DNA of 51,689 nt, the filler included, from Catajapyx aquilonaris (Eukaryota): assembly GCA_000934665.2 (NCBI GenBank). It is 3 parts of 3 records of this genome, joined end to end, with 100 filler letters (N's around TTAATTAATTAA, not from the genome) between each part and the next. Parts side by side here need not be neighbours in the genome. Positions count along the whole stretch, not along the records: positions 34,509 to 51,689 come from KZ539628.1; 2 more parts are not named here. The stretch is one strand, 5' to 3'. Below the pieces are notes generated by a model, which saw only the letters and a list, made by a program, of their open reading frames with translations, had not been told where the DNA came from and searched no databases. Shown piece after piece: positions 35,435-49,020 of the stretch. Positions within the stretch are counted from its first letter, which is position 1. Each line of letters opens with the position of its first letter. A program made the position numbers and the translations under genes.

Positions 35435-38400
35435 TAATAGTATGACAAAATGAGCGCCATCTCTGCGTATCTCAAAAGCAGGAAAATAATAATCTACTTA
35501 AGGAAGCTATAAAAGCAGCCTTGACGACAATATTCATTTCCGTCTCTTTCCACTCCACTTCCGCTTCATACTTTCAGTTCAGTTCCACTTTGTACAGGTA
35601 AAAAAATAGCCGCAATAATAGCCGCAAATATCCTAACAGCTAGGCAACCTTTTAGACACCGATACTCGTACAAATGCAGAATTTACAGGTGCAAAAATTT
35701 GTTTGGAGGTGTAAGTACTCTAAAGGGTGAAGGTCGTACAAAACGCCACCGGTTTTCGCGTGCCTCCCCTGATACTATCGTCACACCCCCGCCACCATAA
35801 GCCTATTTATAGACCTCGCTAGGCAGACATTAAGTGAGGGGTGGGCTAAAAAACTATGTGCGGAAATGGTCCTAGTGCACACTCATTTCCATCTTCTTAT
35901 ACTGCGAGCCNNNNNNNNNNNNNNNNNNNNNNNNNNNNNNNNAAAAAAAAAACTAGTAAAATGATCCCACCAGTACAACACTGAAGGGTTGGTACCAGGT
36001 GAGTCATTAAGTCTCGTAGCGCATTTTTGCACTGCCGCCATATTGCAGTCGCATTTTGTTGCTGGAGTGTGGCCCTCTGGAGCCATATTCCTGGCCCTTG
36101 GAAAAGCACGAGGGTTTTTTAGCGGTGCAAGTCACGCTGTTTGGTCTGATTGGAGGCCCCTGTTCCGTTGTTCAAAATAATGCCCCCTTGCGTTCATGTC
36201 AGGCTTTGTGAACAAAGGGGATTTATGATTGAACGTGGCTTTGCCGCCTTATTTGTGTTGCGCAGTTGTGTGACGTTTTCTTTTCCTCTCTCTTTTTGAA
36301 ATGGCTATGGTTGGCTATAGAAATGGCTATAGACGAGCTTCCAATTAAAATGATCTTAGTTGGTAGATATTTTTGTGCTAAGCTTGCTTATTTTTCAGAT
36401 ATACTTTTTAATCATTATGAAAAGTATTAGCTTCTAATTGAATTATAATTATGTTCAAGCTCGGACTCGTAACTTCTGATTTCTGATTGGAACAATCGGT
36501 ATCGAACGTCGATGACTAGACCCATTTTCGCAGGCTATACATCCTCTTCAGGCTTTTAAAAACGTGGGTATATACGCAAATTAATATTAGCAGCTGCTAC
36601 TTTTGAACACCACTAAAAGTAACTGTTTAAAATAATCAGCTTTGCGAAAAATTGCCCGTTGTGATAAGGATGGTTGCTTTGGAGGATGATAGATGGGATC
36701 TAAGTGATCATTTTAAGTATAGGTATCGTGAGTCTCCGCAGCCTAGTTATCGAGTTAATTAGCACTAAATAAAGTGTGCATTATACCAGCTTATATGCCG
36801 CGGATGCAATCAACGACACTTCCATCGTGTAGGTCAATGCCTGCTACGCCTAATGGGATCGTATCTTCAATTTCGTAAATAGCACGGTAACACCTATAAA
36901 TGAAAAAGGTATAAGGTCGCATGGAGGGACGCATACCTGTCAGGATATTTTATACCTTGTGTTTGAAGCTCATTATCTCAATAACTATGCTGCGGAGACC
37001 CACGTTACCTATACATAAATTGATCACCTACAACACATCTACCATGCTCCAAAATGAAGGGATGAGAAATTTCCGCACCATGCATTACATGCATTACTCA
37101 ATTGAATATGTGTAATATTTAGCTCATATTTGTGATTAATTTGCATCTCCTTCTTGATCACTGACTACTAGGGAATGTAATGATGCACTGTAACTTCTTC
37201 ACACATGTGAAAAAATTTAATTGCTAGTTACGTTAATGAATAAAATTATTAGTTTGATAAGTTTTTGATTAAATGTAATGACAGCATAGTTTATTAATAC
37301 ACTTAGTAAGAGAATACAGGAAATAAATTATGGCTGGAGATAGCAACTTTCGTTACAGCACTCAATTTGATCCTTTAGCAAAATATTGACCCAACAACTC
37401 CATTCATAAATATAGTGTATAGTGTGTACTTGTATGTTTAATGTACTCGTCTTATGACAGGTGCGTACGTGTAATGCTGTACCTAAAACAATACACTGCA
37501 TAAAGCATTTTACCATTGACTGTAGTCTACTACAGATTGTACCTTTACCGAATATTGACCTATGCACGTATATTTGCATGTATGCATATGTACAGTAGGA
37601 TAAAATATTTGTTCCTAGTTTTCATACCTGAAAGCCTGCACTATGCCTTCACACACTGTATTCAGCTCAATTTGAAAAATAACGCAATTAGGGGAAGTTA
37701 TGTCCTTCTTGTTTGTCTGCCATTAAGTGCAAAACAAAAGAAGCTGCTATAGACCGTGCATTGACTTATCCCAATCCATCAATAAGCAAAACTGCTATTA
37801 TAAAATGAACGTACGGAAGAGTGGGAGAAATGTGAAAATGAATAAAATAGTGTGGGCATACACTTAAATGCTCCATCAGCAGCTGTTAAAAATTAAATAT
37901 ATCTGCTAAAACTTTCACAGCCAGATACATTAACAGCCCTGCATGACATCGCATATAACATGTACATCAGCAATGAGGCCTTCCGGAAATGAGAGGATTT
38001 AGTGCGCATAACTGTACTGTAAGTTTTAGCATGACGCAAAATCATGCATGAATAGCACCTGTTACCATGGGAACCCCTCATCCTATTCACTAAAGCACAC
38101 ACACACGCACACAAAGTCACATCAACTGAAACAAATGAGGTAACCCTACCGTGCGATGAAACGCAACTGTCATGAACCGTGATTGCGATTCATGACCCAC
38201 CAACCATACTTACTTTAAAAAATATATTCGTCAGCCGGACAGCGACCTTGAACATGTTATAGCACGGGATACACCAAGGTCGCAAAAATGAACGCTACTT
38301 ATACCTTGAACCATCTTACTACCGGGTGTCTTGTCTGCCCTCCTACAAAACAGATCACATTTTCGGTCCCCCGGTTACTGCGCACCCACTGTCACCGCAT

Positions 38401-39758
38401 CACTGGCGAATGGTCTATGAGGTGCGGAGTAAATCTTAACACTGCCCAGCTTTTATAGTGGTCTAGGTTTTCCTACATAGCGCCACCGTTCGATAGCCTT
38501 CACTGCCCAGATTATCCACATGCAAGCCATGTACCCCACTCCACCCCCTTCTACCCACCCACCTGTCCCCAACCCACCCCGCCCCCTTCTAGATGAAATG
38601 TGCCTTTATATCATGTCCTCATGCGCAATTAGTCACTGGTGAAACCATGCTTATTTGTAGCTCTGGAAGTAGAAGAGCGAAAAAAAAACCTCAAAGGTGT
38701 TTGACCTTACGCAGGTGGAAATATAGTTATAAGAGTCACGCGTCGTATCGGACCAAAATGTTACTAGTTGACATATTGCAAACATTTACGAATAGAAAGG
38801 TGCATTTTTAAATGCCTTCCTCTGTTGGCATTTGTCATCATTTTTGGAAGCGACAAAAACCTCTTTGGGTTGCCCTCTATAAAAAAATATTTGTCGCCTA
38901 AAAATCCCTCGCCTTGAAAGATTTATGACCTGAGAAATCCAGGCAAACCCAGGACAAGCCCCAAATCCCGGATCGTTACCAATTTTCTGTCCCAGTTATG
39001 CGCCACATCGAGTGTTGCCACAGCATAATTGCAGATATCCCTTTTCCTGTCCGCCATTTTTTTTACCCTTGCTTCTCTCTCGGGCTCGTATTGATCTAGG
39101 ATAGTCCCCCAACATTTTCGGGGGCGTCAACTTCTGGTCCAATGGAAATCGGATTAGAAAGCCACCCACGACACAATATAGATTACTTTTTTACCCATAT
39201 TCACCCATGTAGCTATTGTTTTATAGCCACTTAAAGGTGTATCCCCCAAAAAATACTGGAAGATCCGTAACGTTACGCTCCAAGTACGTTATACTTAACC
39301 TGGGGTAATTCCCGTCACCATTCTGCCCATTCCATTTGGCCTACCGCACTGGCCAATTAGGAGGCGAGGCCGATCCGGCGTTGTAACCTCCTCATCCAAC
39401 GTTGCCATTCACTCACACTCTTCAATTCCTGCATCGTATACCCCATACTTTGTGGGTCCTGTACCCAACCCGCCTTTTAGACTTACTGGCATGCGGAGAC
39501 TCTGCAGCCAAAACCTAAAGCCAAACTACCCCCCACCACTTCCCCCATACACCCCTACCAGAAAAAACCCCCTCTGGAAACTTGCCACCTAACAAGTTAG
39601 GAGGTGGGCGAGGGTTGGGAAGTGGAGGAGTTTGAAATGTGCTCAAGTCCAGCTTGAAATATGGTGTGAAAAGGGCATCCACCATGTTGGAAACCACCTG
39701 TGCGAACACCTTCCAATTTACCTGGACTTTCCTAGGCTGTTATTACGCACTTTTGTGG

Positions 39759-39861
39759 GTTAGGTTAGGTTAGGTTAGGTTAGGTTAGGTTAGGTTAGGT
39801 TAGGTTAGGGTTAGGTTAGGTTACGTTAGGTTAGTGTAGGTTAGGGTAGGTTAGGTTAGGT
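39759..39861 (+). repeat. Interstitial (TTAGG)n arthropod telomere-type array
   Basis: About 20 TTAGG units, pure at the 5' side and degenerate toward the 3' side (TTAGGG, TTACG, GTAGG). Confidence 0.92.
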
Positions 39862-40582
39862 CTAATTGAATCACGTCATCCAGACGGCGTTCTCCATTGG
39901 CATGTTGGCCACCGGAAGAAAACCCAGTCAGATGTAACTTTCTGAATCACCGAAGCACATAACCTGGGTCATTAAGTCGCCTCTAAGTCTCAACTGTTTT
40001 TATATAGAACTAGCCAGGCAGTACTTTTTGCGATCAAAGCACAGGCTGTCCAAAATGTCAAGCTGTACAAGCGACAATGAATGCGCACTTTGGTACGAGG
40101 CAGCTTTTCTGGCCGTTGCCATGACCGTGGCAACTAGGGAGCTATATTTCAATGTTAGGTGTGAATATTTCACGATAAGTGCACGGCCACTGAAATGGGA
40201 CTTTGTTTATTGCCATTCATTCTGGAGTTACACCACTTAGACCAGGTTGCATGAACGGGGTAAACCTAGAGGAAGTGGTCGATCTATGTTATTCATAAAT
40301 GTGATTATTACTTGATGCAATCTAGGATGGTTATTTTTGATCAGTTATCGCAATGAATTATTATTAAAAGAGAACTTGGAAGTCACGTACACAGCGTGCA
40401 CCTGGGACATAGGTGGTCATCACACACAATAAAGGTAGAGCATATGCGAGCGTGACTGAACGTGGCGTAGAGTTGGGAGGGTTAGGCAGAACGTGACATT
40501 GCACTCGAAAGTCGTAATAAACATTGGTAATCGAACATTTAGTAGCGAAAGATGGAGTTCAGTGATGCTTCCATTAGACATA

Positions 40583-40911
40583 CAGGGTGTTTCAACTTTT
40601 TTCCCCGAACAGTTATCGTAAAATTGCACGTAGTTGCTACTTTTTAAGCAGTGACTTGCAAACGGTGATTTTTCGGAGGAACGGGGAATATTCCCTGCGA
40701 ATCGTAGGTTCAAGTGGCATACGCGCTGCCCGCTGAAAATTGAGGGTCAAGTCTGGAAAAAGAGGGTCACACATGCCATGGGATGTGTGACCCTCTTTTT
40801 CCCCATTCCCAATTCCTCAGACAAATCACCGGTTGCAAGTCACTGCTTACAAAGTAGCAGCTACGTGCAATTTTAAGATAACTGTTCTGACAAAAAAGTT
40901 GAAACACCCCG
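40583..40911. mobile_element. Tc1/mariner-type MITE (same TIR family as 34900 and 42198)
   Basis: TA|CAGGGTGTTTCAACTTTTTT...AAAAAAGTTGAAACACCCCG|TA, with ~85-bp imperfect TIRs and an internal hairpin GGAAAAAGAGGGTCACACAT...ATGTGTGACCCTCTTTTTCC. Confidence 0.9.
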
Positions 40912-41946
40912 TATTTCTATGATCAAGACACCTTTGAAACCAGCGCCATCTGATACAGGTGGCTGGGGAAGAAAGGTGTCATAGGCTACTTCCTGCTTTT
41001 GTTTGCTATAATGGCCTCTGGACATTGGACATCCTGAAAGCTACGATAACAACAGAAATCGAGGCACGTAGAAGCCACTCTAATAACTTCCAGTTGCCAT
41101 GGTCACCAAGACACGTTCAGCAAGTGACAAAACAGCAGGACATCAAAAAACACTATGTATTGCTTCACGCTGGGCCGATCCAATAACACAAAATGGACGC
41201 CTAATATCCAGCATGAAAAGGACCGAAACTTAACACTTCCTACTACCGCAGCAATACTTCGGAAGCACCATAAACATCACTTAACTCCCCCTTTATCGCA
41301 TCCACAGGTTGGCCGTGGGGCCCTCTAGTGAAAAACGACGCCATTTAATCTCCTCCTTCCCCCTACAGCCCCACCATCCCCTCCAATCATAATCTCAAAA
41401 AAAAAACTGCTTTTGATGGTGTTAAGTCACATTTGCCTGATCTCCTACTAATCGCTGCTTGAGAGGCTCACCAACAGGTGATTGATTGGTAGGCGACCTG
41501 GATTCAATAAATCGGGCCATAGACCTATATCTTGTCGCAAATAGGGTGCGCTAGTCTACAGTTAGGCATCGTGTCCGCACGCAATGTCTTGTTAATGGCA
41601 CGACAGGGCCACGCCTTCAGTGCAATACTCCCCGGTGCCGTACCGGTATTGAAAAAATAATTGTATCAAATCGTTCGTTTTCATCTGGGTCACATTTCCG
41701 ATGAAACTTTGCTGCATTAATGACTCAGCTTCTCCTTATTTTGTACAGCATTGTCGGAAAGGTGGTTAAATTTTAATCCAGCTGCAATTGATTGAACATA
41801 TATGAATAATTGCTGTATAGTACTACAGGTAAATCCATTGATCCCATGTTGATATATAATTATTAGTACTTACCATCGCTTATGCAACCCAGCCACGTAA
41901 CGGAACTCCCATAAATTTGGGGGTGTCCCATACAATTTAATATATA

Positions 41947-42193
41947 CAGGGTGTTGCAAGTATCCGGGTCACTTTTGGATAACTGCTATCGTCCGATAGC
42001 AGTTATTTTTTGTAGCTTGTGCCCCGATTCAGTTGCCCCATTCTATAACTTCCGCTATATTCGACCCATTGGGGGTCGAATATAGGTGCTATGGAATGAG
42101 GTAACTGAATCGGGGCACAACGAGCTACACAAAAATATCTGCTATCAGGCGCTAGCAGTTATCCAAAAGTGACCGGATACTTGGAACACCCTG
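41947..42193. mobile_element. Tc1/mariner-type hairpin MITE
   Basis: TA|CAGGGTGTTGCAAGTATCCGG ... CCGGATACTTGGAACACCCTG|TA. It is palindromic throughout, with centre CTATATTCGACCC...GGGTCGAATATAG. Confidence 0.92.
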
Positions 42194-42197
42194 TATA

Positions 42198-42393
42198 CAG
42201 GGTGTTTCAACTTTTTGTCCGAACAGTTATCGGAAATATTGCACTAAGCTGCTACTTTGTAAGCAGTGTATGCCACTTCAACCTACGATTCCCATTCCTC
42301 CGAATAATCACCGTTTGCAAGTCACTGCTTACAAAGTAGCAGCTACGTGCAATATTTCCGATAACTGTTCGGACAAAAAGTTGAAACACCGTG
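42198..42393. mobile_element. Tc1/mariner-type MITE, shorter relative of 40583-40911
   Basis: TA|CAGGGTGTTTCAACTTTTTGTCCGAACAGTTATCGG ... GTTGAAACACCGTG|TA. The interior TGCCACTTCAACCTACGATTC..TTCCTCCGAA..ATCACCGTTTGCAAGTCACTGC matches the reverse complement of about 40648-40719. Confidence 0.92.
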
Positions 42394-45300
42394 TACACCA
42401 ATTTTCACTGATTAGTGTCATAAGAAGCATAATTTTCTGAGCAGTTGTCGCGTGGTTACCTGGACTTCTTCTTTCGTATTGGAGGCCTTTTTCGAAAATC
42501 TCCATTGCACTGAGCGTCCAGTGGCGACATCCGACGCATGTCCCCACGACTTCTGACCCCACCCCTTCACTCCGGGTGACCCAACAACACATGTGATCCA
42601 ACACACATACACACCTCACACACGTGTCCCATACGGTGTTCACGCGACATCTGAGGCGGTGACCTGCAGGAGGTTGATTTGCCCCCCCCCCCTCCCCACT
42701 TTCGACTCCCTTTCCACCTCTCCAGCACCCCTTCCCACCCCCTCCAGTTCTCAGACGACACGCAAACTATGGAGGACAATGATACGGCATCATGTATGCA
42801 AACCCCACCCCATGCACTAGTCACCCCTTTTATTCCACGAAACAAACGGCAAATATATTAGTCATTAGGCTTTTTTTTTGAGAATAGGGGAAAATATTAA
42901 AGGAATTTTTTGGAAAAAAATAATAATTGATGCGAAATTTTTTTTAAATGTTTGCTTGCGGGGTTGACGTGGTGAACAGTAGCTGACAGTAGCGTGCCTT
43001 GCGTGAAAAATATGACGGTCTAGCTCTAGCCTTGGAATTATTTATTGTTTGGATTGGCACATCTGGCGTGCATGATTTTTAAATGCACGTAAATGCACAT
43101 GGGTGCAAGGTGCATATGCGTGACACGTAACGTTATTGGCAAGTTACAGGTTAATGGTTCGATCCCCCCCCCCCCCCCNCCCCCCCAGGAGATAATAATG
43201 GAGGAAAATTTGACGAAATTAAATATTGATATCATCCAGGTATAGTAGTTAGGACAGTACCAACTTTAATTTTTGTTCATTTCACAAAACTGTCACATTA
43301 TATTACAATGCATAATAATGTCCTACTTTACTAATCGTGTTGTGAAAACAACTGTAGCTTTCTTTACTTAGTAACGATCTAATATTGGTTAGCAAAAGTC
43401 GCTTTCCGCCTCAACTGTCAGTCAAGGTTTGAGTATGTATAACTTACCTATACTACAACATGACTGTATTCACTACACGCTTGTGTCTCCCAGAAAATGG
43501 CCCTCATTCTACGAAATGCTGCGGGGAAATACCCAATGCAAATGCTATACCATTAGAGATAACTGTCACGCGCAAGCTCACTGCATAACATACGCACAAG
43601 CTTCATGTTGCATAATAACTAAGATGATTTCGGTGTCCTTCAAAATGTAAGTGGCTCATCAGATGCGAAATTAAAAATCTAACTCCTCTGATTACATTCG
43701 TCGCAAAAAGAAGCAGTTGCAAAAACTGACGCAGAATCCTATAACCAATTCTGCATACGTAATAAGGTGCTACTTCTCTGCACCAACATTTGCTTCTGCA
43801 GAAAAAAAAGAAAAAAAAAACAATCCTGCGACACACACTCTAGAATGCATTCCTCTGTAAAATTGGGCCTTATTTCCCGAGTGTCTCCGTGTGAATTAAT
43901 GCAGTCAGCTCCCTCTCCATAAATCGTGCCTGGGAAACGGCCAATTCCACCCCTCCTTCAGATCCACAACGGCCATTTTGATATCATCAAGTTTATGGGC
44001 CACTGAACTCAAGGCGACTGCAGTAGTCTACTTTGTGACTCTAGACACTCGCCATAGACTATCCTCAACACACACACAAAAAAAGTAACTTATAAGCCTA
44101 TGCATGAAATAGGGTGGCATCCAGGTATTGAGGTCAGTGGCGTCGGTCTGTACAATGGCACCAGAATCGATCCACCTTCTGACTTCGATTCAGTTGTGTA
44201 GTCCTGCACTACAGACATGGGGCTAACCTTTTATGGTCTGCAGCTAGGTAATTAATGGAGAGGACGCTAAACTGTAGCTGTATGAACAACAGGGTGGCCA
44301 GACGCACGGAATGGTTTACAAGGTTTTAACGGCCCCCATGGATAAAGAAGAGACAGGCGAATAATGTAGATTGAGATAATTAGGTTCGCTTAAGGTCAGC
44401 TATAGTAAGGGCTTTTCGGACACCCCACCTCCCTCCTAACCCCAACACCCCCGTGAGGGTTCTGTGACTGTAAAGCCTTGTAATGAATGGCTGGCATAGT
44501 TCGCGTGCTTAAATCAGAATGCGTGTATTTGCATGCCGAAAAAATTACTATACAACAAAAAGAGCTATGGCCTGTGTCAGTGAACTTAATAGTGTGTAAC
44601 GGAGTGTAGTATAGTAGGCTTAAACACGTGGCATCACATGTGTGTCAGGAACTTGATACAATTATCTATCTGCATACAGTGTTTAAAAATATATCATAAA
44701 AATGATCATCAGTGCTATACATTTTCTGTCAAAATAACTGACAGCTGTGTACTTTCATTATGAGGGTCACAGGATAGTGTAAGCTAACTCACACCGGCAT
44801 TAAATCAAATAATATATGATAGGCAGGTAAATTGTGATCATATGCCAACATGCAAACTGTAATATTCAGGGGGGTAATGCAATACTGTGTATGGAGGGGG
44901 AAAGGGGAGCAACATTTATTATTTATTGGTGTTTCCTGGATGCGCACTTTATCCGGAATGGCTGTGGGAATACCTAAGAGCAATTTTGACTCACCAATTT
45001 CCAGGCTGGAGTACTTTATTCTAAACCCGGTAATTTATTCCCATTGCAATTATCTCATTAGTCACCACATAACTCATCCGGCCACTTGCACAAAGAGTCA
45101 ATTTCCAAATTGACATTATTCAGCACATTTTTCCAGTCGAATCCCCTGTATTTCATCATGATTGAAGGCGAAAGCGAACCTATATCAAATTCCTGGTCAC
45201 GGGTGAATGCCACCTCCATATACGCATGCCTCAAACAACCATCATTAATAAGTTATCCTAAGGTATGAAGTCGCGTGTTCACATGCCACCCAAGTCTACC

Positions 45301-45539
45301 TGACACACTTTCGGTGAATCTAAACTACACGGTGCTCTCCGGAATCCATATATAATCGCGTTTTCACGGTGCAGCGTCCTTCAGGGCACAATCGTCACGG
45401 TAACCTCGCTGTACAGTACATGACCGGGTATTGGGTTTGGCACATATGATTGATCGACGCCGAAAGCAGTGGTCAGAAATCACCGGGAGTCTAACCTGAA
45501 GCCCTACAAACACAATCAAGGATACGAGGGGGGTGCAGA

Positions 45540-45725
45540 TTGAATGACCTTGGAATCAGCTCGGGGGATTACCCGACTCGTCCCAATCTCCCATCCAACT
45601 GGCCCCAGAAGAGAGGCCCTCTAATGCTCAAGTTGTCAAGGCAACGGGAGACTCTGATGCGGGAAGGATCAGGGTTTCACTGTCCCTGGAGTTCGACAAA
45701 GGAGTGGTTATATGGGAAGGGTTGA
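45540..45725 (+). pseudogene. Possible remnant of a hAT transposase N-terminus (TTF-type zinc-finger region)
   Basis: YPTRPNLPSNWPQK...GFHCPWSSTKEWLYG resembles the P..P.l..fP...F...W....WL pattern. It is short and unconfirmed. Confidence 0.3.
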
Positions 45726-46309
45726 CTATTTTTATTCAGGAGGGTTTCGCAGTATCAGTACCTACACATATCACTTACCCTCAATTGTTTGGAAAGTATA
45801 TTGAGCTACGGCACGCAAACCCTATACTGTTCTCTAGAGACCTGGCCACTGTTTTCACACGTTAGTATGGGCGTATTTTCACGTGATATGTACAGTTTGC
45901 ATTGTAAATAAAAATGTAGTGTGCAAGTGGAATACTGTAGTGGAAGAAATCCTGCGCTTCTGTTTGTTGTCATGCTTCAATCTACACTGCAAATATAGGG
46001 TTTCTGGCAGTTTCTGCGACGTGGATTTGTTACGTAAAATAGAAAAGAGAAATGCGCATTACTTTGGAATATATTCCACCTGATTGCTATCATTTTATTA
46101 ATATTGCGGTGTAACTGATACAGTTGTTGACGCTTATTTAACCTTGTTAGGAGGGAGATGTATTAGGGGATAACTCAGAACTGCATAAAGTAATTGGACA
46201 AGGAAATATTGCTTTATTCTTTAGTTTAGAGAGATAATTATGTAAATAATACCCTCGCATGACGTGCACCTAAAATCCCGTTGTCTAGGTACCGCACATC
46301 AACTCTTAT

Positions 46310-46455
46310 GGCTGGTTTCACCGAGCAGGTTATATCATAAATCTGAGTTTCTTCCCTGAAAATCCTTACTTTTGATTGTTGTCAACAATGGTTGCTATGG
46401 TCATTCTTGTTATAACCGAGGTTCTAAGTTTTTACCAGGTCGGTGAAACCCGACC
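46310..46455. mobile_element. Small TIR element (Harbinger-like MITE)
   Basis: Imperfect TIR GGCTGGTTTCACCGA / TCGGTGAAACCCGACC. The 3' half is shared with 18661-18742, and a similar end TCGGTGAAACCGGCC lies at about 20749-20763. Confidence 0.6.
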
Positions 46456-47015
46456 TGAAGCACAAATACAATAAGTAAAAAATATTTCAAATTCTTATCG
46501 ACAGCATCCAAAATCAAAGTATTTGGAAAATGTTTATTTTTGAATTTAATTGAAGAAATTAAACAATGCATTCTTTGCAACTAAAACAGTCAGAAATATT
46601 CGCTTTAAATATCCAAGACAATAAATGCAGCCAAGGGCTATCATGCTGGTCCACGATGATGATAGTCTTTAAAATTAACTGAAATGTTTCGTGCCACTAG
46701 CAAAAAAATATATTCCGATAAATCTAATTATGGTGACGAATCATGCGAGGTGTAAAATGCACTGTAACACTGCAGTATGAACCATACTTATAATTTTTGC
46801 CATTAACATGCAATATAAACCATTAGCAAGTAGAAACAATGGATTCATTAAGCACATATTGTCGTCCAGCGTACTAGCGATTTGCAAATTATGATAGTTT
46901 GTTCTTGCACTGATTTTGGGACAGTGTTCTGACTAATATCCCGGCCAGCTCTTTGCAATCAGAAAGTGTATTTAGCAGGTTAGCTAAAGTCAAAATACCA
47001 GATGATTCTATTTTT

Positions 47016-47200
47016 ATTGCCAGTTCAAACTCACCGGGGTCAACAACCACAAGTTTGTCCAATTTAGATTACTACCCTCCCAGTTCAAACACGAGTTTAC
47101 GACCATTTTAATGGCTAGTCCAAACACAAGTTTCACCAAATTTGATTGCATCCCCAAACAAGTTGCACCAAATTTGATTGCCAGTTCAAATTTCACCCAC
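47016..47200 (+). repeat. Degenerate ~30-bp tandem repeat
   Basis: Recurring CCAGTTCAAA, ACAAGTT.CACCAAATTTGATTGC units. Confidence 0.7.
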
Positions 47201-48567
47201 TTCTGACTCAAACATGTCTGACCCNNNNNNNNNNNCCCCCCCCCCCTCTAGACACCAAGATGATGCCAATCTGGCAGCGACCTAATTACACCACAGCCCT
47301 ATTCACGCGATGGGGCACAGCAATCAAATCAGGATTACCAGTCTGCACTGACTAATTTTTGGGCTAAAAAGTGGCAAACACATCAATTCACACTTTTTTA
47401 CAAAAGACAATCCATATTCTGACAGTTGTCTAGCAACTGGGACAACAACCAACACTGAGACAACAATTAGTCCAATAATGTCAAGCGTCCGCCATCTTTA
47501 CTTGGGTCATACTGCCTCACATTTCACCCCCAAGTGCTCTCTCTAGGTATATACTGTATATAATTACAATATAGCGGAACTATTAGCAATTATTGCAGAT
47601 CAAACATATTTCAACGGTTGTCAGATTTCACAAAACACTAATAGTAAATTTCACACACGCCCATCAAAACGATCTGATAACACTGTGCAATGGTGCCAAG
47701 TGCAAAAAAAATTGGATGCCCTCTTTACCTGTATCCACGCCTCATCTTGCCTCCTCTTTGGCTGACCCTAACTCAAAGCTGACCCCAACCGCCTGGCAAG
47801 CTAGGCCTGATTCAGACACCAATACTGTTTTAGGGGAAAAAGGGGGGTCCAACTTTTGGCCCTCCCGCCTTAATTGCCGTATCGAACCTCACCGGTAGTC
47901 TGGTCCAGCCCACTTATTGCACACAACATGGCCGCCATGTTTGGGTGGGGTAGTTGGGAAATAACCCCAGGACTGCGGGAAAGTGCTGACCAATCACTCA
48001 CAAGTTGGGGCACAAAGTGTGCCTTGGCCCACCACTAGGTTTGGCCCCGAGGTGCATTGACTTGTCCCACTTATTTTTTTTTTTCGGCTAACGTTCTTAC
48101 AAGTCATGAAACGTGCCCCATAGTAACCGTGCTTAATAATTCAGGTCCGTGACCTAGTGAACGTGATTACTTTTTTTTTTTTGGTGGGTTGAACTTAGCC
48201 TCAATGGTGCCTATCCGGGGCAGTCGCCTGACGCCCGGATTTTTTTTGTATATATATTTTCTTTCGACACTTGCGTGTCACTGTGTCATCTACGGAGGGA
48301 ATTGAACTATGAGAGTCTACATGGATTTCTATAGGCCAATTTTGCTAGTTTCAGATCTATATAGGCTATCCACACATGGTCTGTTATCGCTTTTACGGTC
48401 GTGCGTTAGTACTTTGTGATGGGCTTTAAATTTTGCTGTGTATCTAAATCAGTTTCCCGCAGACATAATGCCATGCAAATACCTATTTATTATAGTTGTT
48501 TAGTGTAATACTGTGTAGGCATAAGGTGACAGTCATCTAAGTTAATGTCATTTATATCACCAATTTG

Positions 48568-48841
48568 CACCGAAGCAGGTTGGTGTAGGAGATAACGAGC
48601 CCGCCTGCTAATCGGGAGGTCCTGGGTTCGAATCCCGGGGCCGGCGACCCTGACCATGGTTCTCTGTGGTTTTCCATGGTCCCCTCCTGGACAATTCCGA
48701 GGTCGTTTCCGTAAAAATAGGCCACAGCCGCTTCCTTCCTTCCCTATCCCTGGTCCCATCCAATGGTGGTAATCCACTCCCCTAAGGGAGCCAAAGGCTC
48801 TAGCACGGGGTATGATAAATAAAAAATAAAAAAATAAAAAA
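48568..48841 (+). mobile_element. Full-length tRNA-derived SINE (head/body type A, tail type X)
   Basis: B-box GGTTCGAATCCC; head and body homologous to 10788-10963; A-rich tail. A perfect 14-bp TSD ATATCACCAATTTG lies at 48554-48567 and 48842-48855. Confidence 0.95.
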
Positions 48842-48874
48842 ATATCACCAATTTGATACAATGGCACTGTATTG

Positions 48875-49020
48875 TACTATGGGGCTCAAATGGTTTTGGC
48901 CACTTGATCCTGGTCTTGAAGCAACCCTTCGCACAGGCCCCACGTTGAGCAGGTGTATATGTGTGAAGGGTTGCTGCAAGACCAGGATAAAGTGGCCAAA
49001 ACAATTTGAGCCCCATAGTA
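48875..49020. mobile_element. Hairpin MITE (Transib-like termini)
   Basis: TACTATGGGGCTCAAAT..TTTTGGCCACTT.ATCCTGGTCTTG.AGCAACCCTTC is inverted at the other end (~60-bp arms). The terminus resembles Transib CACWRTG. There is no clean 5-bp TSD. Confidence 0.8.
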
